Positions 11,139-24,800 of a stretch of DNA of 64,000 nt are shown piece after piece. The notes beneath the pieces are model-generated. The model worked only from the letters and a program-made list of their open reading frames with translations, made no database searches and had not been told where the DNA came from. The stretch is taken from the NCBI GenBank assembly GCA_001643675.2, contig LSRY02000026.1, forward strand, positions 620,001 to 684,000. Reading direction: 5' to 3'. Source of the stretch: Monocercomonoides exilis PA203. Taxonomy: Eukaryota; Protista; Preaxostyla. The stretch's first letter is position 1. Every line of letters begins with the position of its first letter. Both the position numbers and the translations under genes were made by a program.

Positions 11139-13166
11139 AATTTGAAAAAATACAATTCTTCAATATCTCAATCAAATTCCATTTCTTTCTTCCTTTTTCT
11201 TTCATCATTCTGTTTTCTTCTGCTTTTTCCAATTGATGGAGAAAGAGAAGACACCTCACTCACATTCTTTTCTCACTTCATCATCCAAAAGTTCTTCTTC
11301 AATTGTGTTTCCTCTTCAGCTGCTTTGCTTTCGCATAAATGAATATTTTTTCATTCATCAATCATTTTTCATCTTTATTCTGTTTTCTTGACTGATCTCC
11401 CTTTATCAATGCTCAACATTGTTCTTTTCCTCTCCATTTTTCTTCAATTCATGAAATGTTCCAAAAATCCATTCTTCCAAACCTCCTTTTTTTCTCAAGC
11501 CCAATACAAAAGCTATGCATTCATTCAAATATTAAACTTTTCATTTTTGGTTGCTGAGAATGAAATTGAGAATGAGAAGTCAATGAATCAACAGCTTTGA
11601 TGTAAATGATTGATGTGTTCAATGGAGAAGTCTATCTTCACTTTTTCACTTTCATTCTTCAATATTTCTGTTTTGATTGAAAAACAAAATACAAAAGAAG
11701 AAGATGATGATGAAGAAGATGAAGAAATTAAATGAAGGAGATGATCAAAAACATCCACAAACAGCTCAATGATGATTAAGATTGAATGAAATAACGGTTG
11801 GAAAAAAAGAAGATGTAAATGGACAGGTTACAGAAATATTGATTGAGTTGAGTCATGAATTCGCAGGCAAAGGTGACCTTTCATCACAAAGCGATGTTGA
11901 TAACAGAAAGATTCTCTTTGGATACTCATTTGAAATCGTGCCTGGCTGAAGGCCTTGAAGATCAATGGAAAACATCTGGACTTTCCAATGGCTGTTCATA
12001 ACAACACAAAAGAGTCCCCTGAGCACAATTCGAAATATTTGTCGCTCTCTTCATTCTGATGCAACTGAAGTTGGATTCGGGAAAAATCACTTTCCTTCAA
12101 AATCATATGTCCACAATTGTATGCAGAAAAATAATCTTGTTGATTTATTTCTCGGACGCATCTCGTGGGAAAGTTGTTTTCGCTATTTTTCCCTCTTCCA
12201 ATCTCATTTTTGCAGAAAGAAAATGGCTTCGTTCGTCAGATGCTCAGCAGCACCAAAAGAAATATTAAATGTATTTCTTTTGACTTTTTTGTCGCATCTC
12301 ACTTTTGTGATCAGCTCCTTTTCTGTAGGTGTCGGCCTTCATTGCTTTTCCCCAAACAATGCTTTTCTGAAAAATGCAAGATTAATTAGTAATTCAAGCA
12401 TTGGATCTCTGTCTTCAATCACTCATTTGACATTTTCTCCTGCTATCATTTCGTATTTATTCAAGTTCTTCAGCCCAGTCAATCAATGCATATTTTCAGA
12501 AATTCTTTTCTTTATGTCTTTATTTCTCAAACAGTTCCCTGAATTTCTTTTTATTTCTCGTTACAAGTTAAATTTAAAAAAATTATGAATATTGCACATA
12601 TTCCTTTATTTCCCAATGCCTATATTATAATCAGCTCCATTCTCATCGTATTGCTCCACAAAGCGGAGATTGGCCATTTCAACAATAACTCACATTCCTG
12701 CACTTTGGAGAGGATACAGACGGAAATATCTTCACAATCAATAGAACTATATAAATTACATACATTATGTCTTTTTGTGTTATTGATAAAATTGTTGCAT
12801 TCCCCTTGGCCATCCAATAACCAAAAATCATCAAAAAGAATTCCAAAAATATTGCATTGCCTCGTTTCTTATTGCATCCACAGGAAATAATATTCTTAGT
12901 TCTACAGATAATGTTCACTCACGTCCTTTCATTTTGTCAATGTTTGAAACTGATTTTAAAATCAAATTCGATCATTGAATACATAACTACAAACAGAAAA
13001 AACAAATAAATCATTTTTATAAGTTTAATATTTATTTAAATGTTTTTTTTTTTTATATTACAAAAGGTTTATGACCCAATTTTTGAAATTAAGGTTTGAT
13101 TATTTATATAAAAGAAATAAACATAAACTTTTAAAAATGTATTTTGAAATGAAGCCTGTTTCTTAT

Positions 13167-13328
13167 GGGGGAAAATGGGGGTAGGGGGCGAAGGGGTTTA
13201 AAACCTTCCATCAAACACCCACGAGAAATTGGTTGGTTTCAAGGGGTATAAAGCCACTTTGTTCATTCAAAATAATTTTTTCATTAACACATAAATTGTA
13301 AAATAAAAAAAAAAAAAAAAAAAAAAAA
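13167..13328 (+). other. G-quadruplex-forming motif with hairpin, followed by AATAAA and A24
   Basis: GGGGG-AAAAT-GGGGG-TA-GGGGG-CGAA-GGGG at 13167-13196 in very AT-rich DNA; poly-A at 13305-13328. Confidence 0.55.
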
Positions 13329-14109
13329 TATTTCGAAATAAAAATATTATTTATAGATTATATATTAATTTTAAATAAAAGTAAGTATTTCCACAAAATC
13401 CAGAAATTTTAAATTTTTTCATTAAAAACTTTATTTTTTAAAAATAACATTTTTTACAGGAAGAAGACTTAAACACAATAATATATGATTTAATTTAATA
13501 TCTTTCATATAAAAAGCATTTTTTGCTAATTTTACAAAAAAGTTTGATATTTTTTCAATGAAGTGGAAAACAATTTGTTTTATAAAAATAATTTATCCAA
13601 ACATAAAGTCAAAAGTTCAATAAACAATTGTTACCATTCATTTACAGGTTTATCTAAATTTTGTTGAAATTTACAATTTTGGAATTCAAAAAATTAAGTT
13701 TTTGCTTAATACGATAATGCAATCATTCACGATTGGTTTTATTTTAATTTATAAACAACGTTCAAATCCATCATAAACATAAAATAGTTGTTTTCCGAAA
13801 TTTTCATTCATTGATATTTATTTATGTAAATGATCAAATCATTTTATAGGTTTCATTACACATATGGATTGAAAACAAAAATGGAATTTTAACCCCAGTG
13901 ATCATTTTATTAGAAATATTTAACGAGTTTTAACATTTTAATTCATTTTTTGATAATGAAGAAACACACATTCACAAAAGCCTTTTTTTATGTGAAGCTT
14001 TGTAACCGCAATGCTTGCATGAATCTTGAATGTTGATAACGCACAAAATAATGCACTGGTTTGATATCATTGCAGAAACAAAATCTTGATTGAAAAATTT
14101 TTTTTCTTG

Positions 14110-15463
14110 TAATTTCTGCAAAACTGTTTTCGGAATGAAAAACATTTCGAAAAGAATGGACAAAGACAGAAAATCCTTGGAATGAATTCTTTGATTGAAG
14201 AAAAGAATGAAAAAGAATTCAGATCTGCTTTCACAACCGAACTGTTCAACAGAATAAACAAAATGATAGAAGATAAGAAACTATCGTTGGAAAATGCCAT
14301 TTTGTTGCTGAAGCACATTGGATATCGTAAAGCGCAAAAAAATATAAGGGATCCGGACTTTTTAAGATCTTTGCTGGATGCAAGATTAGAGAAGATGATT
14401 TTTGAAGAAGATAAGAAGAAAAAAGAAGAAAAGAACGAAAAGCTTCAAACGTATCTTTGCGAATGCTATCTTTTTCTCAGCTTCTTTGTTTCGCCTAAAT
14501 TGTTTTCAATGTGTGTGCCGTATCTTCTGAAAGTTGCGTTGAACAAGGAGGAAAACAAAGAAGCTCAAAAAGTAGTTGAAATGGCTTTGTTAACCTTGAG
14601 CAATTTTGGGGAATATGTCAGAACATTTTTAATTTCATTATTTATTTCATTTTTTATTCCATTTTTAAATAGCTTTCTTTCAATTTTTTTGAAAATGAAA
14701 GGATACAAAAACTTTTCATGGATGAAATCAAAGATATTATCCTGTATTATCAAGACCATCACAATCTGACACGACTCGCTTATCAGTCTGTTTTGGAGTG
14801 TTTGCTGGACAGATTTGAGGAAGATGAAAGTTTGGAAGAAGTGGTTGTGAATGAAGTGCATTTTGGGAGAGAGGCAGCAAAAGAGGTTGGAGAATTATGG
14901 AAGTGCATGGATAGGAAGAAAAAGGAAGAGGAAAGAGGAAAAGGAAGGGGAGAAGAGATGATTTTGATGAGATGGATCAAAACATTGAATATATATTTTT
15001 GCAATTGCCGATTGATGAATGAAGAGTGCATTGAGCTTATCCGTTGCATTGTTCAGCTATTTCGTGCAGCAAAGGACAATTGCGAAGGAATTAGATACTG
15101 GTGCGATTATTTGTTTGAAACAACAGCGGGGAAAAAAGCAGTTGAAATCAAAAACTTGTTGAAAGGCAGAGCTGTTGGGCTCTTTTTGGAGGAAATCCAG
15201 CAGACAAAATGGATAACATTATGACACTGCATGGCTTGGTGTATTTTATGAATGTTTCAAATCGATTGAAAGAAGAAAAGGGTGATATAATTGAAAAAGC
15301 GAAAAGAAAGGCAGCAAAAAAACTAATTTTTGAAAAGATGGAGGAAGAAGGATATGAAGATGTCATTATCAGCTTTCATAAAATGTTGAATTTTCTGAAA
15401 GATCAACATTGTGGTTTTGGCTACATATCGTTGAATATTTCTGATTATTTTGTGACTGTTTAA
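14110..15463 (+). pseudogene. Member of an expanded helical/ARM-like uncharacterised family, probable pseudogene
   Basis: Continuous helical protein (FTTELFNRINKMIEDKKLSLENAILLLKHIG; LCECYLFL; CVPYLLKVALNKEE; HHNLTRLAYQS; FEKMEEEGYEDVI) across three ORFs. Likely intron at ~14617-14701, frameshift at ~15208, degraded 5' end. Confidence 0.7.
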
Positions 15464-16115
15464 GGAAAAGAAATGCTTTGAATTTTGCGAAATGGAATTT
15501 CATTTTTTCTTTTTTCATCATCTCACAAAATCGAAAACAAACAATCATTTGCATCTTTCTTTTGCAATTACTTTTTTTATCTCACTTCATTTTGATGAAA
15601 TGAAGAAACAAAAAGATCTTGAATAAAAAAAAGAGGGATAAATTTTTTGATATTATTCGTTTTCTTCTTCTTTTCTTTTAATGATCTGTCGGGCAAAAAT
15701 AAATAAATAAATAAATAAAATTTGTCATCCATCGTCTCCAATAACTTCTCTTCTCTCCTCTTTTGAACAATCTTTTGTTCTTTTTCCTTTCTTCCCTTGT
15801 TTTCCCAAATGTCAAATGATTTCTGAGAAACGAAGAAGAGAAGTTAAAGTCATGTTAACGAAAAGCGTATTTATGAGATAAATGTGATTGAAAAGATGAA
15901 GATGCTTTCTTTTCTCAATTGGAGAGTTGATTGCTGCTTCTCTGCCACAAAAGCTCTCTTTCTCTTTCTGTTTCCCGTTCCAATGTGCCTCATCAAAAAG
16001 TCACATCGAAAAAACATGCTCACAGCCAGTCTTGAATGAGCAAGAGAAATAAAAGGAAAAAGAACATGAAGAAGATGAAAACATCACATTTTGATGATTT
16101 GTTGAAAATATTCTT

Positions 16116-17990
16116 TTAAAAGAAAAATATCATCATTTTCACCCACTTCATCATTCTTCTCCAGCTGTTCAGCTTCTTCAGATGACACAAATTCGTCTGT
16201 GGCATTTGCAGATCAATCGCTCTGTTCCATTCAAAAGATGAAGACACAACAACTTCTGATTGCAATTTCTGTTCTTCTCTTGAAGATGGTGGAGTTGTGA
16301 GTGAAGGAAGAATGAAACAGCAAAAATGATTGGATTTCCAATGAGATGGCAGATGTGCTGCGAAGTGACTGAAACATGCTGCATTTTCTGAGGAAGCAGA
16401 TGACTTCACTGTGAAGAAGAAGGAAAATGCAGAATCGACTTTTCTGCTGAGTGATTTGTGGAATGCCCAAAAACAACTGAAAATAAAACGAGCTGAAGTG
16501 AATAAGATGTTGTGAGTGACGATGAAAGATTTATTGTTGAAGAAGAAGAAGAAGAAGAAGAAGAAGAATTTTTGGCTGATTGAAAAAGTTGATTTTTTTG
16601 TTTGTTTCGTTGATTTTTTTGCTGCTTTGGCGAAAAGGAAGAAAAAGCAGATAAATGAGAAGAAGAAGAGGAGGAAGCAAAAGCTAATGATCCATTTAAA
16701 CTTCCTCCAAATTCACTCGCCAGCTCTTCCCCTGACAATCCTCAGCTTTTCTGATGTTCTTCTCTCTTCTCTCAAGTCCTTCTTCTTCTCCTTCTTCTTC
16801 TTCTCTTTCTTCTCATTCTATTTTCTTCTTTTTCTGTTTCTCATCTGACTCCTCCTTCATCTTTTATTTCTTCTTCAAATTCATCAAACTCTTCCTTATC
16901 TTCATCTCTTTCTATTTTCTTCTCTTTCTTCTCCACATTCATCTTCATCCTTTGAAGCATCTTTTGTGCAAGTTCATTATCTTCTTCTGCTTTCTCTTCG
17001 ATTTCCTCTTCTTCTTCTTCTTCTGCTGCTGCTGCTTCTGCTTCTGCTTCTTCTTCTCCTTCTGTTTTCATTCGTGTCTCTGTTTCTTCATGTTGATTGA
17101 CTTCAGAATATGGCACTTTCTTTTCTTTTCTTCATAAATTCAATCTTTCATTCCGCATTTGGTTATCTTCCTCTTCTCTTCTCTTTCTATTTTCTTCTCT
17201 TTCTTCTTTTTCTTCTTCCTTTTAACATTTTCTGTCTTTGTTCACATTTTTCCTGCAAACATTTCTTATTTCTTGTCATTTTCATTTGACATGTCTGTTT
17301 TCAACTGAGTTGCGGAATTAATGTAAGGAGAGAGAAACGGCCCTGAACAGGGGAATTTGTTTTGGATGATTCTTTTTGTAAATAATTTGAAGAAGACGAA
17401 GAAGTTTTGAGAAGAGAAAGATGATAAAAAAGAAGAGGAAGAAGAAGAAAATGATGATGATGATGATGGCAATGATGATTGTGGTGTGTGTGGTGTGTGT
17501 GTTTGGAGGTTTGCCCAGCCAAACAACAAACAGGAACAGCAGCGCAGATGAAAGAAGAAGGCAACCACAAATGGCTGTGTTCAAAAGGAATTGATGTGCA
17601 ACACCCGATGAGAAGCAACATGATGAAGAAGAATCAATCTTTCTTTTTTCTTCTTTTCTTTTTTCTTCTTTTCAGCAGCTCAATCACAAAAGGAAATGGC
17701 TTAAATTTTTTATGGGTCAATTTCATATTCAGTTTCTTTGGAGCTTTTCATCCACTTCCAACGAAAATGATGAAAAATATGAAGAAGAAGAAGATGATGA
17801 TGAAATGCTTTCACTGTGAAGAAAACATCTTTCATATTTGCAAATATGTTAATGAGTGAACATAAAACCATTTCTTTTCTCTTCTCTTCTCTTCCAAAAG
17901 CGATGTTGAAGAACAATGATCCAAAAAAGTTCGAAAGAATTGTTTCGGCTGCATCTGCTGCTTTCCTTCGCATTCACAATCATCAATGCT
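16116..17990 (-). pseudogene. Degraded low-complexity (Ser/Glu-rich) gene remnant
   Basis: Coding-like fragments (E-rich 16841-17116, S-rich 16406-16738, helical 17710-17973) with many stops. No family recognised. Confidence 0.35.
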
Positions 17991-18866
17991 GTCTGTTGTT
18001 CTCTCTAAAATAGTATTCCAATTATAAAAAAATAGCCTTCAACCTAGTTATGTCACTCTGTGTGCAATTACTCCTTTTCTCTTTCTCAAAAAACGAAATC
18101 TCCCAGCAAATAGAAATCCATCAGGTTTTTTCTCTTATTACTTTTATTGCCCTATCAATGAAAAAAACTTCAATAAAACAAACAAATACATTTTTCATGA
18201 AAAGATTAGAATAAAACAGAGTTTGCCTCATACCAATCGCAATTTCATTCATTCCCTGCAACCCCTTTGCCTCAACAAAAAATATGTCCTTTATCACCCA
18301 TTCCACATTTTGGCCTTTTTCCCTTTAACATAAATTCCATCTCTTTCTGCAAGAAAAACACATCAAAAGCCCAATCCAAATGCTCATATAACCTTGTTCC
18401 ATACATCCCATCCCTTTTGCCAAAAGTGTCCATTTCAGCCAATCTTGGCAAAAATAATCATTTCTTTCAAAACATCAAAAATCTCTTCAAATAAAAATAT
18501 CACAAATAATCCACCAAAAGACATACATTAATATGTGGTGCAGAATCGCAAAACTTCCATCGCTCATATCTGTTCCATTCATCTGTTTTCATCAATCTTC
18601 ACATCATTCATTTCTTTCCCAATTGCTTTTTCTCATGAAAACACATCCAACAAAATTATATGCTCTAAATCATATGTTGTTCCATCTCAGAGGCATATAT
18701 CGCTGGACGGAGAGTGACGGCTGAAATATCAGAACATCAACAAGAATGGATGAATCATTCTCTATTATTCATTGGATCAAGAAATTGAAAATGAAAAACA
18801 ACAAATGAAAATACATATTTCAATATAATAATACAATATTCAACAAAAGATAAATGTTTTTTATTA

Positions 18867-21800
18867 TTGGAGTGCCCATATTTGTCTGCAATAGAAAAAA
18901 GAAAAGAAAGCAGTTGGACAGGCATGGTATTGGTGCTGTCGGGAATATTTTATTTTGTGTGGACAATTTGTGTTGAATGCGTGTGCAATGATGCTACAAG
19001 AGATGGAACAAGACTTACCGAAAATTCATTGAATGGAAGAGAATTGGATTATCCTGAAGGCACATGGCGAGAGACGATTCAAAATAGCAAATATAGAGAT
19101 GATAATTTATTTGATACATATATTGATGGAAAAAAATGTGGAGTGAGAGAAACCTGGAAAGAGGAGAGAATGATGAAGAAATTCACAAAACAATGGAATG
19201 AAGGAAGAAGAAGGATCGAGAAAGTTCAAAAATCCGGTTTTTGTGACGAGTGGAAAATATGGGGAAAGGAGGGTGTGTGTGGTGGGAGTGGGGTTGAGGG
19301 ATGTCTTATTCTGGTCAATTCATCAATGAAACTGAATTTGTTGGGGTTGAGGGAAATGGGTGGGGAGGGTGTGCTCAGGGCATCGGATGAAAGTTTTGTT
19401 GAGTTGAGTGGATGTGTGATTGGAGTTGAGAGAGAGATGCCCCCCTTTGATTTTTGTGGGAGCTGTGGATTATTCACCAACATTTCACTCAGATCGCCTT
19501 CAACTTTGACTGAACAGATATTTCCTTCTTTATTTTCATCAAAAACGTTGGAAGGGAAATTTTCAAAAAATGACATTGTTTCTATTTGTTCTTCCCATTT
19601 TTCATCTTTTTGTGTCTCGTCAGCCCCATTCCTCTCATCACCTTCCATTCCTCTTATTTCACTCTCACAACTGACATTTTTCAATATTTCAACAGCAAAT
19701 GAGGCATGCTCACCTCCAACAACAATATTTTCCCAAACCTCATGTTTGATGAACAGCTGCTCATTCTCATCAGTTTGCGATGCATATGATGGCGGGATTA
19801 TTCCTTCCCTCAACAATCCCTTGGCTTCCTTATCTGCTTCAAACACCTCATTCATTGGGTGTTATCGGACAAGAAATGTTGCATGTGAAGGATCTGCAGA
19901 CAATAAGCTAACACCAGGGAGACAGAATACAACATTCAATGGAACAAACACTTTTGTTTGGTGTGAGTGGAACGGATCGAAGACTACAGGAACAGAGGGT
20001 TCATATGTTGATGGAGTGTCAAGTGGCGGGGCTATCTGCATGTACAGCCAGTCATCGGCATCGGTGCGTATTTCATATTGCATGTTCAATGAGTGTACTG
20101 CACACAGTTGCGGAGGGGGAATAATGTGCGCATTTATAAAAGAAGTTAAAATCGAGAATAATTCAATTAACGATTGTACCGCACTATATCAATATGGGGG
20201 TGGGGTATTCTTATATTCGATTTCAACGTGTGTTGTGATTAGTGGATGTAAATTCCAGAATTGCAAAGCAAATAGCTATGGAGGAGGGTTAAATCTATAC
20301 AGTTTTGATGTTTTAGGAACAGATTGCATTGGATCAGAGAATTGGAATGGGGAGAATGCATGCATGTTTGACTGTAATTTCACTTTTTGCTCAGTTACTA
20401 ACACAGTTGGCGGAGGCATGCATTGCTATGGTGTGCCAGCTGCATTCAAAATGAGGAGCATTCAGTTTTTTTCATGTTCTGCCCGACAAGACGGTGGAGG
20501 ATTGCTTCTGGAAACTGACAAACAAACAATTCCAGAGGATGGCATTTATTGCATTTTTCTTTTCTTCCACGAATGTTATTGCAGAAGCACATCTTCTCCA
20601 AATGGGGATGATGTGTGTTATATGGACTACTATAGTGCACACTTAAATTCAAATCCGTTTTTGGATTGTTTAACTACAAATACAAACGACAGAAGAGTGT
20701 GTTACAAATATAACTATTTTTATTCAGGGAGTTGGGAATTTCAGCACACAGAAAAGAAGGATTGGCTGAAGGACAAGACGATTTATGTTTCGGTGAATGG
20801 AAATGATGCATCTCCACTTTGTGGGGCAAATACCACATATCCTTGTCTGACAATGAAGAAGGGATATGAGATGTGTGAAATACAAATTAGCTTGACAATC
20901 ACTCTGCTGGAAGGGAATCATCAAAGAGAGGCAACAACGATTGAGATTGGGACAAAGAAGATTTCAGTCATTGGGAAAGGAAGGGAAACAAGTTCGATTG
21001 AAATGAAATCCCTTTCATCAACTGGATCGCTGTTCAGTGTTTCAACAGGTCATCTTGGTTTGTTGCACATGAAAGTTGACTGTAACTCAATAGCAGATTC
21101 TTCTTCTCCGAATGTGGCTGTGGTATCTGATGGAGGTGGGTCACTTTCATTGGAGGATGTTGTGATCACAACGAGTAATGTTGGAGAATATGTGATATCA
21201 TCATCAGTGTTTGTGGTGGCGCTGTCACAGCTGTCGATGGTTGGTGTGGAGATCAAAGATATGAATGTCTCAGAATCATTGTTCTCAGAATCTGTTTTAT
21301 CTTTTTCTTCTTCATCCTCCTCATCTGCCCTGTTTTTGACAGCCACTGCTTCTGGAGAGAGCATTCTGGCGAACTTGACTGTGAAGAATGTGAAGTTGAC
21401 AGAAGGAGATGGAGTGGTTGTGGGAAAGAGTGTTGCAGAAGGGGAGACATTTGTTGTTCAGAATGTGACAATTGAGGATTGTGAGTGTGAGAATGGCAGT
21501 GGTGGAGGGATCAAGATTGAGTTGGAAACAGATACGAGCAAGCTTCAGGTTGAAGCAACAACAACAATGAATAGATGCACAAGTGGGAAATATGGAGGAG
21601 GGATGATGTTGAATCTGGCTGACAACTCGATTGACTTCTCGATTGTGTCAGTTGACTTCTCAGGGTGTTCTGCTTCATTGGGTGGGAATTATGTGTTTGT
21701 GAATGGGAGCAATTCAGCGAGCTGGGGAATAAGCTCCTCAACGCTGAATGTCCAACATGACAGTTCAAAATACAATGAGCTGGTGGGATATGATCGGAGT

Positions 21801-24800
21801 GACACAACAATGGGGCTATTCCCACTGAATGTGTATTTGGATTCATATCCAGATGCAGCGCATGTGGGGAAGGGGAAGGATGGGCTGGGTGGATTCGACT
21901 CGTGGTTCTGTGGGTTTGACTATTATCCGTGTGCCACCATCACCCACGCTGCACAGGTGCGATATCCAGGCAAAAACAAGAAGATCGAATTGGATCCAGG
22001 ATTTGAGCTTGCTGAAGAGGTTGGAATGACAGACTCCTTTGAATGGGAGATTTCATGTGCCACAAAAGGGATGGAAGTTGGGGTGAAAGCGCCAGAGAAT
22101 TTTGAGTCATCTTGTCTGATTGAGGTTCAGAGCAAATGTTCAATAAGAAACATCAAATTCTGTATTCCATCTGTTCTGACTGGTGCATCATCATCATCTC
22201 TGATTTCATCCAACTCCACACTCCTCACACTCACTGACTGTTCTGTTGTCTGTCCCTCTGAGAATTCCATTGGATATTGTTTTGTGAATGTGGTTGGGGG
22301 AAAAGTGAAAGTGGAGGGATTGGTGATCACAGAGACATTGAGATTTGGAGAGCATTCAGTGATTGAGTTTGGTGAAGGGGTGGAATCAGTTGTGTTTTGC
22401 GGATGTGAGGTGAACAACATTGAGAAGAGAAATGGAGATGGAGGATGGGTGAGTGGAGTGGTTGGGGCAGAGAGAGATGAGGGGAAGAATGGGATAATTG
22501 TGATTGAGTCGTGTGTTGTGAAGGGGTGCAGGTGTGTTTGTGGAAGAGGAGGAGGGATGAGTGTTGTTGTGAATGGGAGTTGTGTGATTGATGGGTGTGA
22601 GGCGAAGGGTTCAGGGGAGAGTTCAGGTGGGAGAAGTGAAGGGAGAGGGGGGGGATGATGATTGTGATGGAGAGCAGGGATGGCTCAATGAAAATGGAAT
22701 CGGGAAGAGAGGGTTTGTTTGTGTTTGGGGAGAATAACAAAGCTCAATATGGGAAGGATGTGTTTGTTGAATGTGGTGGAGGAGTGTTGTTGGAGTGGAA
22801 AGTGAATGGAAGTTCATTATCATTTTTTGACTCAAGTGTGATTCCAACAGATGTTGTGAAGTTGTGTGGGAGTGAGGATGGGAGAGGAGGGGAAGTGATT
22901 CCGCTGTTTGTGTATTTGTGTTCAATCGGGACAAAGCTGAGAGTTGATGGGAGAGGAGAGAGGGCGCTGGATCAGAGCCATTGTGGGTTTGAGGAGTTTG
23001 GGTGTTTGACGATTGATTATTGTGTTGGGAAGAGAGCGAGCATCAATGTTCATGAAATCGAAGTTGCATCAGAATCATGGATAAAGAATGAGATGAAAGT
23101 GGTTTCATTTGATTTGAGTGTTTCAGGGAAAGAAGAGGGGATGAGGGTGGTTGTGAGAGATGAAGGATCGATTAATCAAAATAACCTTATTGAGTGCGCA
23201 AAATCATTTGAGATGAGATATTTGTCATTTGTGCTGAATGAAGAAATGAATGGGAGGAGAAGTGGATTTATCCACTCCTCCTCATCATCATCAACCATCA
23301 CAATCACGAGCTGTTCAGTCTCATTTGTCAATGATGAAGTGATTGGATACAATGTGATATGTGTTGAGGGAGGAGGGCTGATTGTGAATGGATTTGTGAT
23401 GGAAGGGGGAGTGAGAATGAGTGGGAAATCGCCAATTGTTGTTTCGAATGGAGTTGAATTGGAGATGAATAGCAGCCGAATGAGTGGAGTGGAAGTTGTT
23501 GGTGGGAGTGGAGGAGGAGGATGTTTGAATGTGGAGATGGGTGTGAATGGGATTGTGAATATTGAGGGATGCAATTTGTCATCAGTGTGTTCAGGGAGGA
23601 GTGGGATGAAAGGGGGAGGGATGAAGATATCAGTGGGGAAGGGAGGGAGGTTGGAAATGAAAGGAGTGAAATATTCAGGATGTGAAGTGCCAAGAGAGGA
23701 TGTTGAGGAAGGAGGGAGAGGAATGGGAGGAGGGATGTTTGTGAAGCTGGCGGATGAGATGGGAACATATGTGATGGAAGGGATGGAACTTGAGGGATGT
23801 GATGGATGGAAAGGGAAGAATGTGTTTGTATCAGGATGGGATCTGAGTGAGATTGTGAATGAGGAGCACCTGAAATGGGAGATAAAGGAAGAGGAGTTGG
23901 GATCATTGGATGAGTTGTGTGGATGGGAGAGGAAGACGACAGGAGAGGAGGGATATGTGATTCCACTGGTTGTGTATTTGTGGAGGAATAGGAGTGGGGA
24001 TGGGTTTGTTTCAGTTGAGAAAGGAGGAGACTTCAGTGGGTGTGGGTATTCCGAGGCACCATGCTCATCGATTGACCACCTGATGTCACTTCGATATCCA
24101 ACACTTGGAGAAGGGGAAACACATATTTCCATTGTGGGATCAGGGTTGCTGAGTCATTCCATTTCATTTTCTTCTTCATTTTCATCTTCAATTTCTTCAT
24201 CAATATCAGAGTCACAAAAAGTTGTGATTGAAGGGACAAAGAAAGGGACAGGAGTGACGATCAGTGATGAAGATGAGAATGATTTGTCTGATGGTTCAAT
24301 GATATCCTCGAATGTGAGTCTGTCATTTGTGAATGTGTCGTTCACCAAGCCAGCCATCACCACCCATCATTCAGTGTTGATTGAATCCTCTGGAGCAAAC
24401 ACATTATTGTCAGTGTCAGATTGTTCATTTGGGCCAGGGAGGGGGGTGGCAGAGAGTTTTGGATATTGTGTGATGAGGGTGAATAGGGGGAGTGTTGTGA
24501 TTGAGAGGTGTTCGTTGAGTTTGATTTCAGAGTTGAAAGGGTTGATTGCCTTCAGGCCAAGTGCAGGTGAGGTGACACTTCAGAATGTGAACATTTCATT
24601 TGCTGGTGTGATAGAAAGGAGCCTGATTTCGATGATGGAAGAGGATAACCAGATGAATGGAGAAAAGAAGGTATTTTCAAATGGGAACAGACCAGTTCTG
24701 AGGGTTGTTGGATGTTCATTTGCGAACATCACAAAAGAAGGGATTGGAGCAAGTGTTGTTGATGTGTGATCATTTGAGGATGGGGTGGAGTGTGTGGTGG

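Noticed and set aside
11880-12920. 207-aa plus-strand ORF and a TGA-punctuated minus-strand frame (selenoprotein or TGA recoding?)
   Set aside because: No recognisable homology or SECIS-like structure, and the minus frame also contains a TAG. Most likely a decayed remnant.
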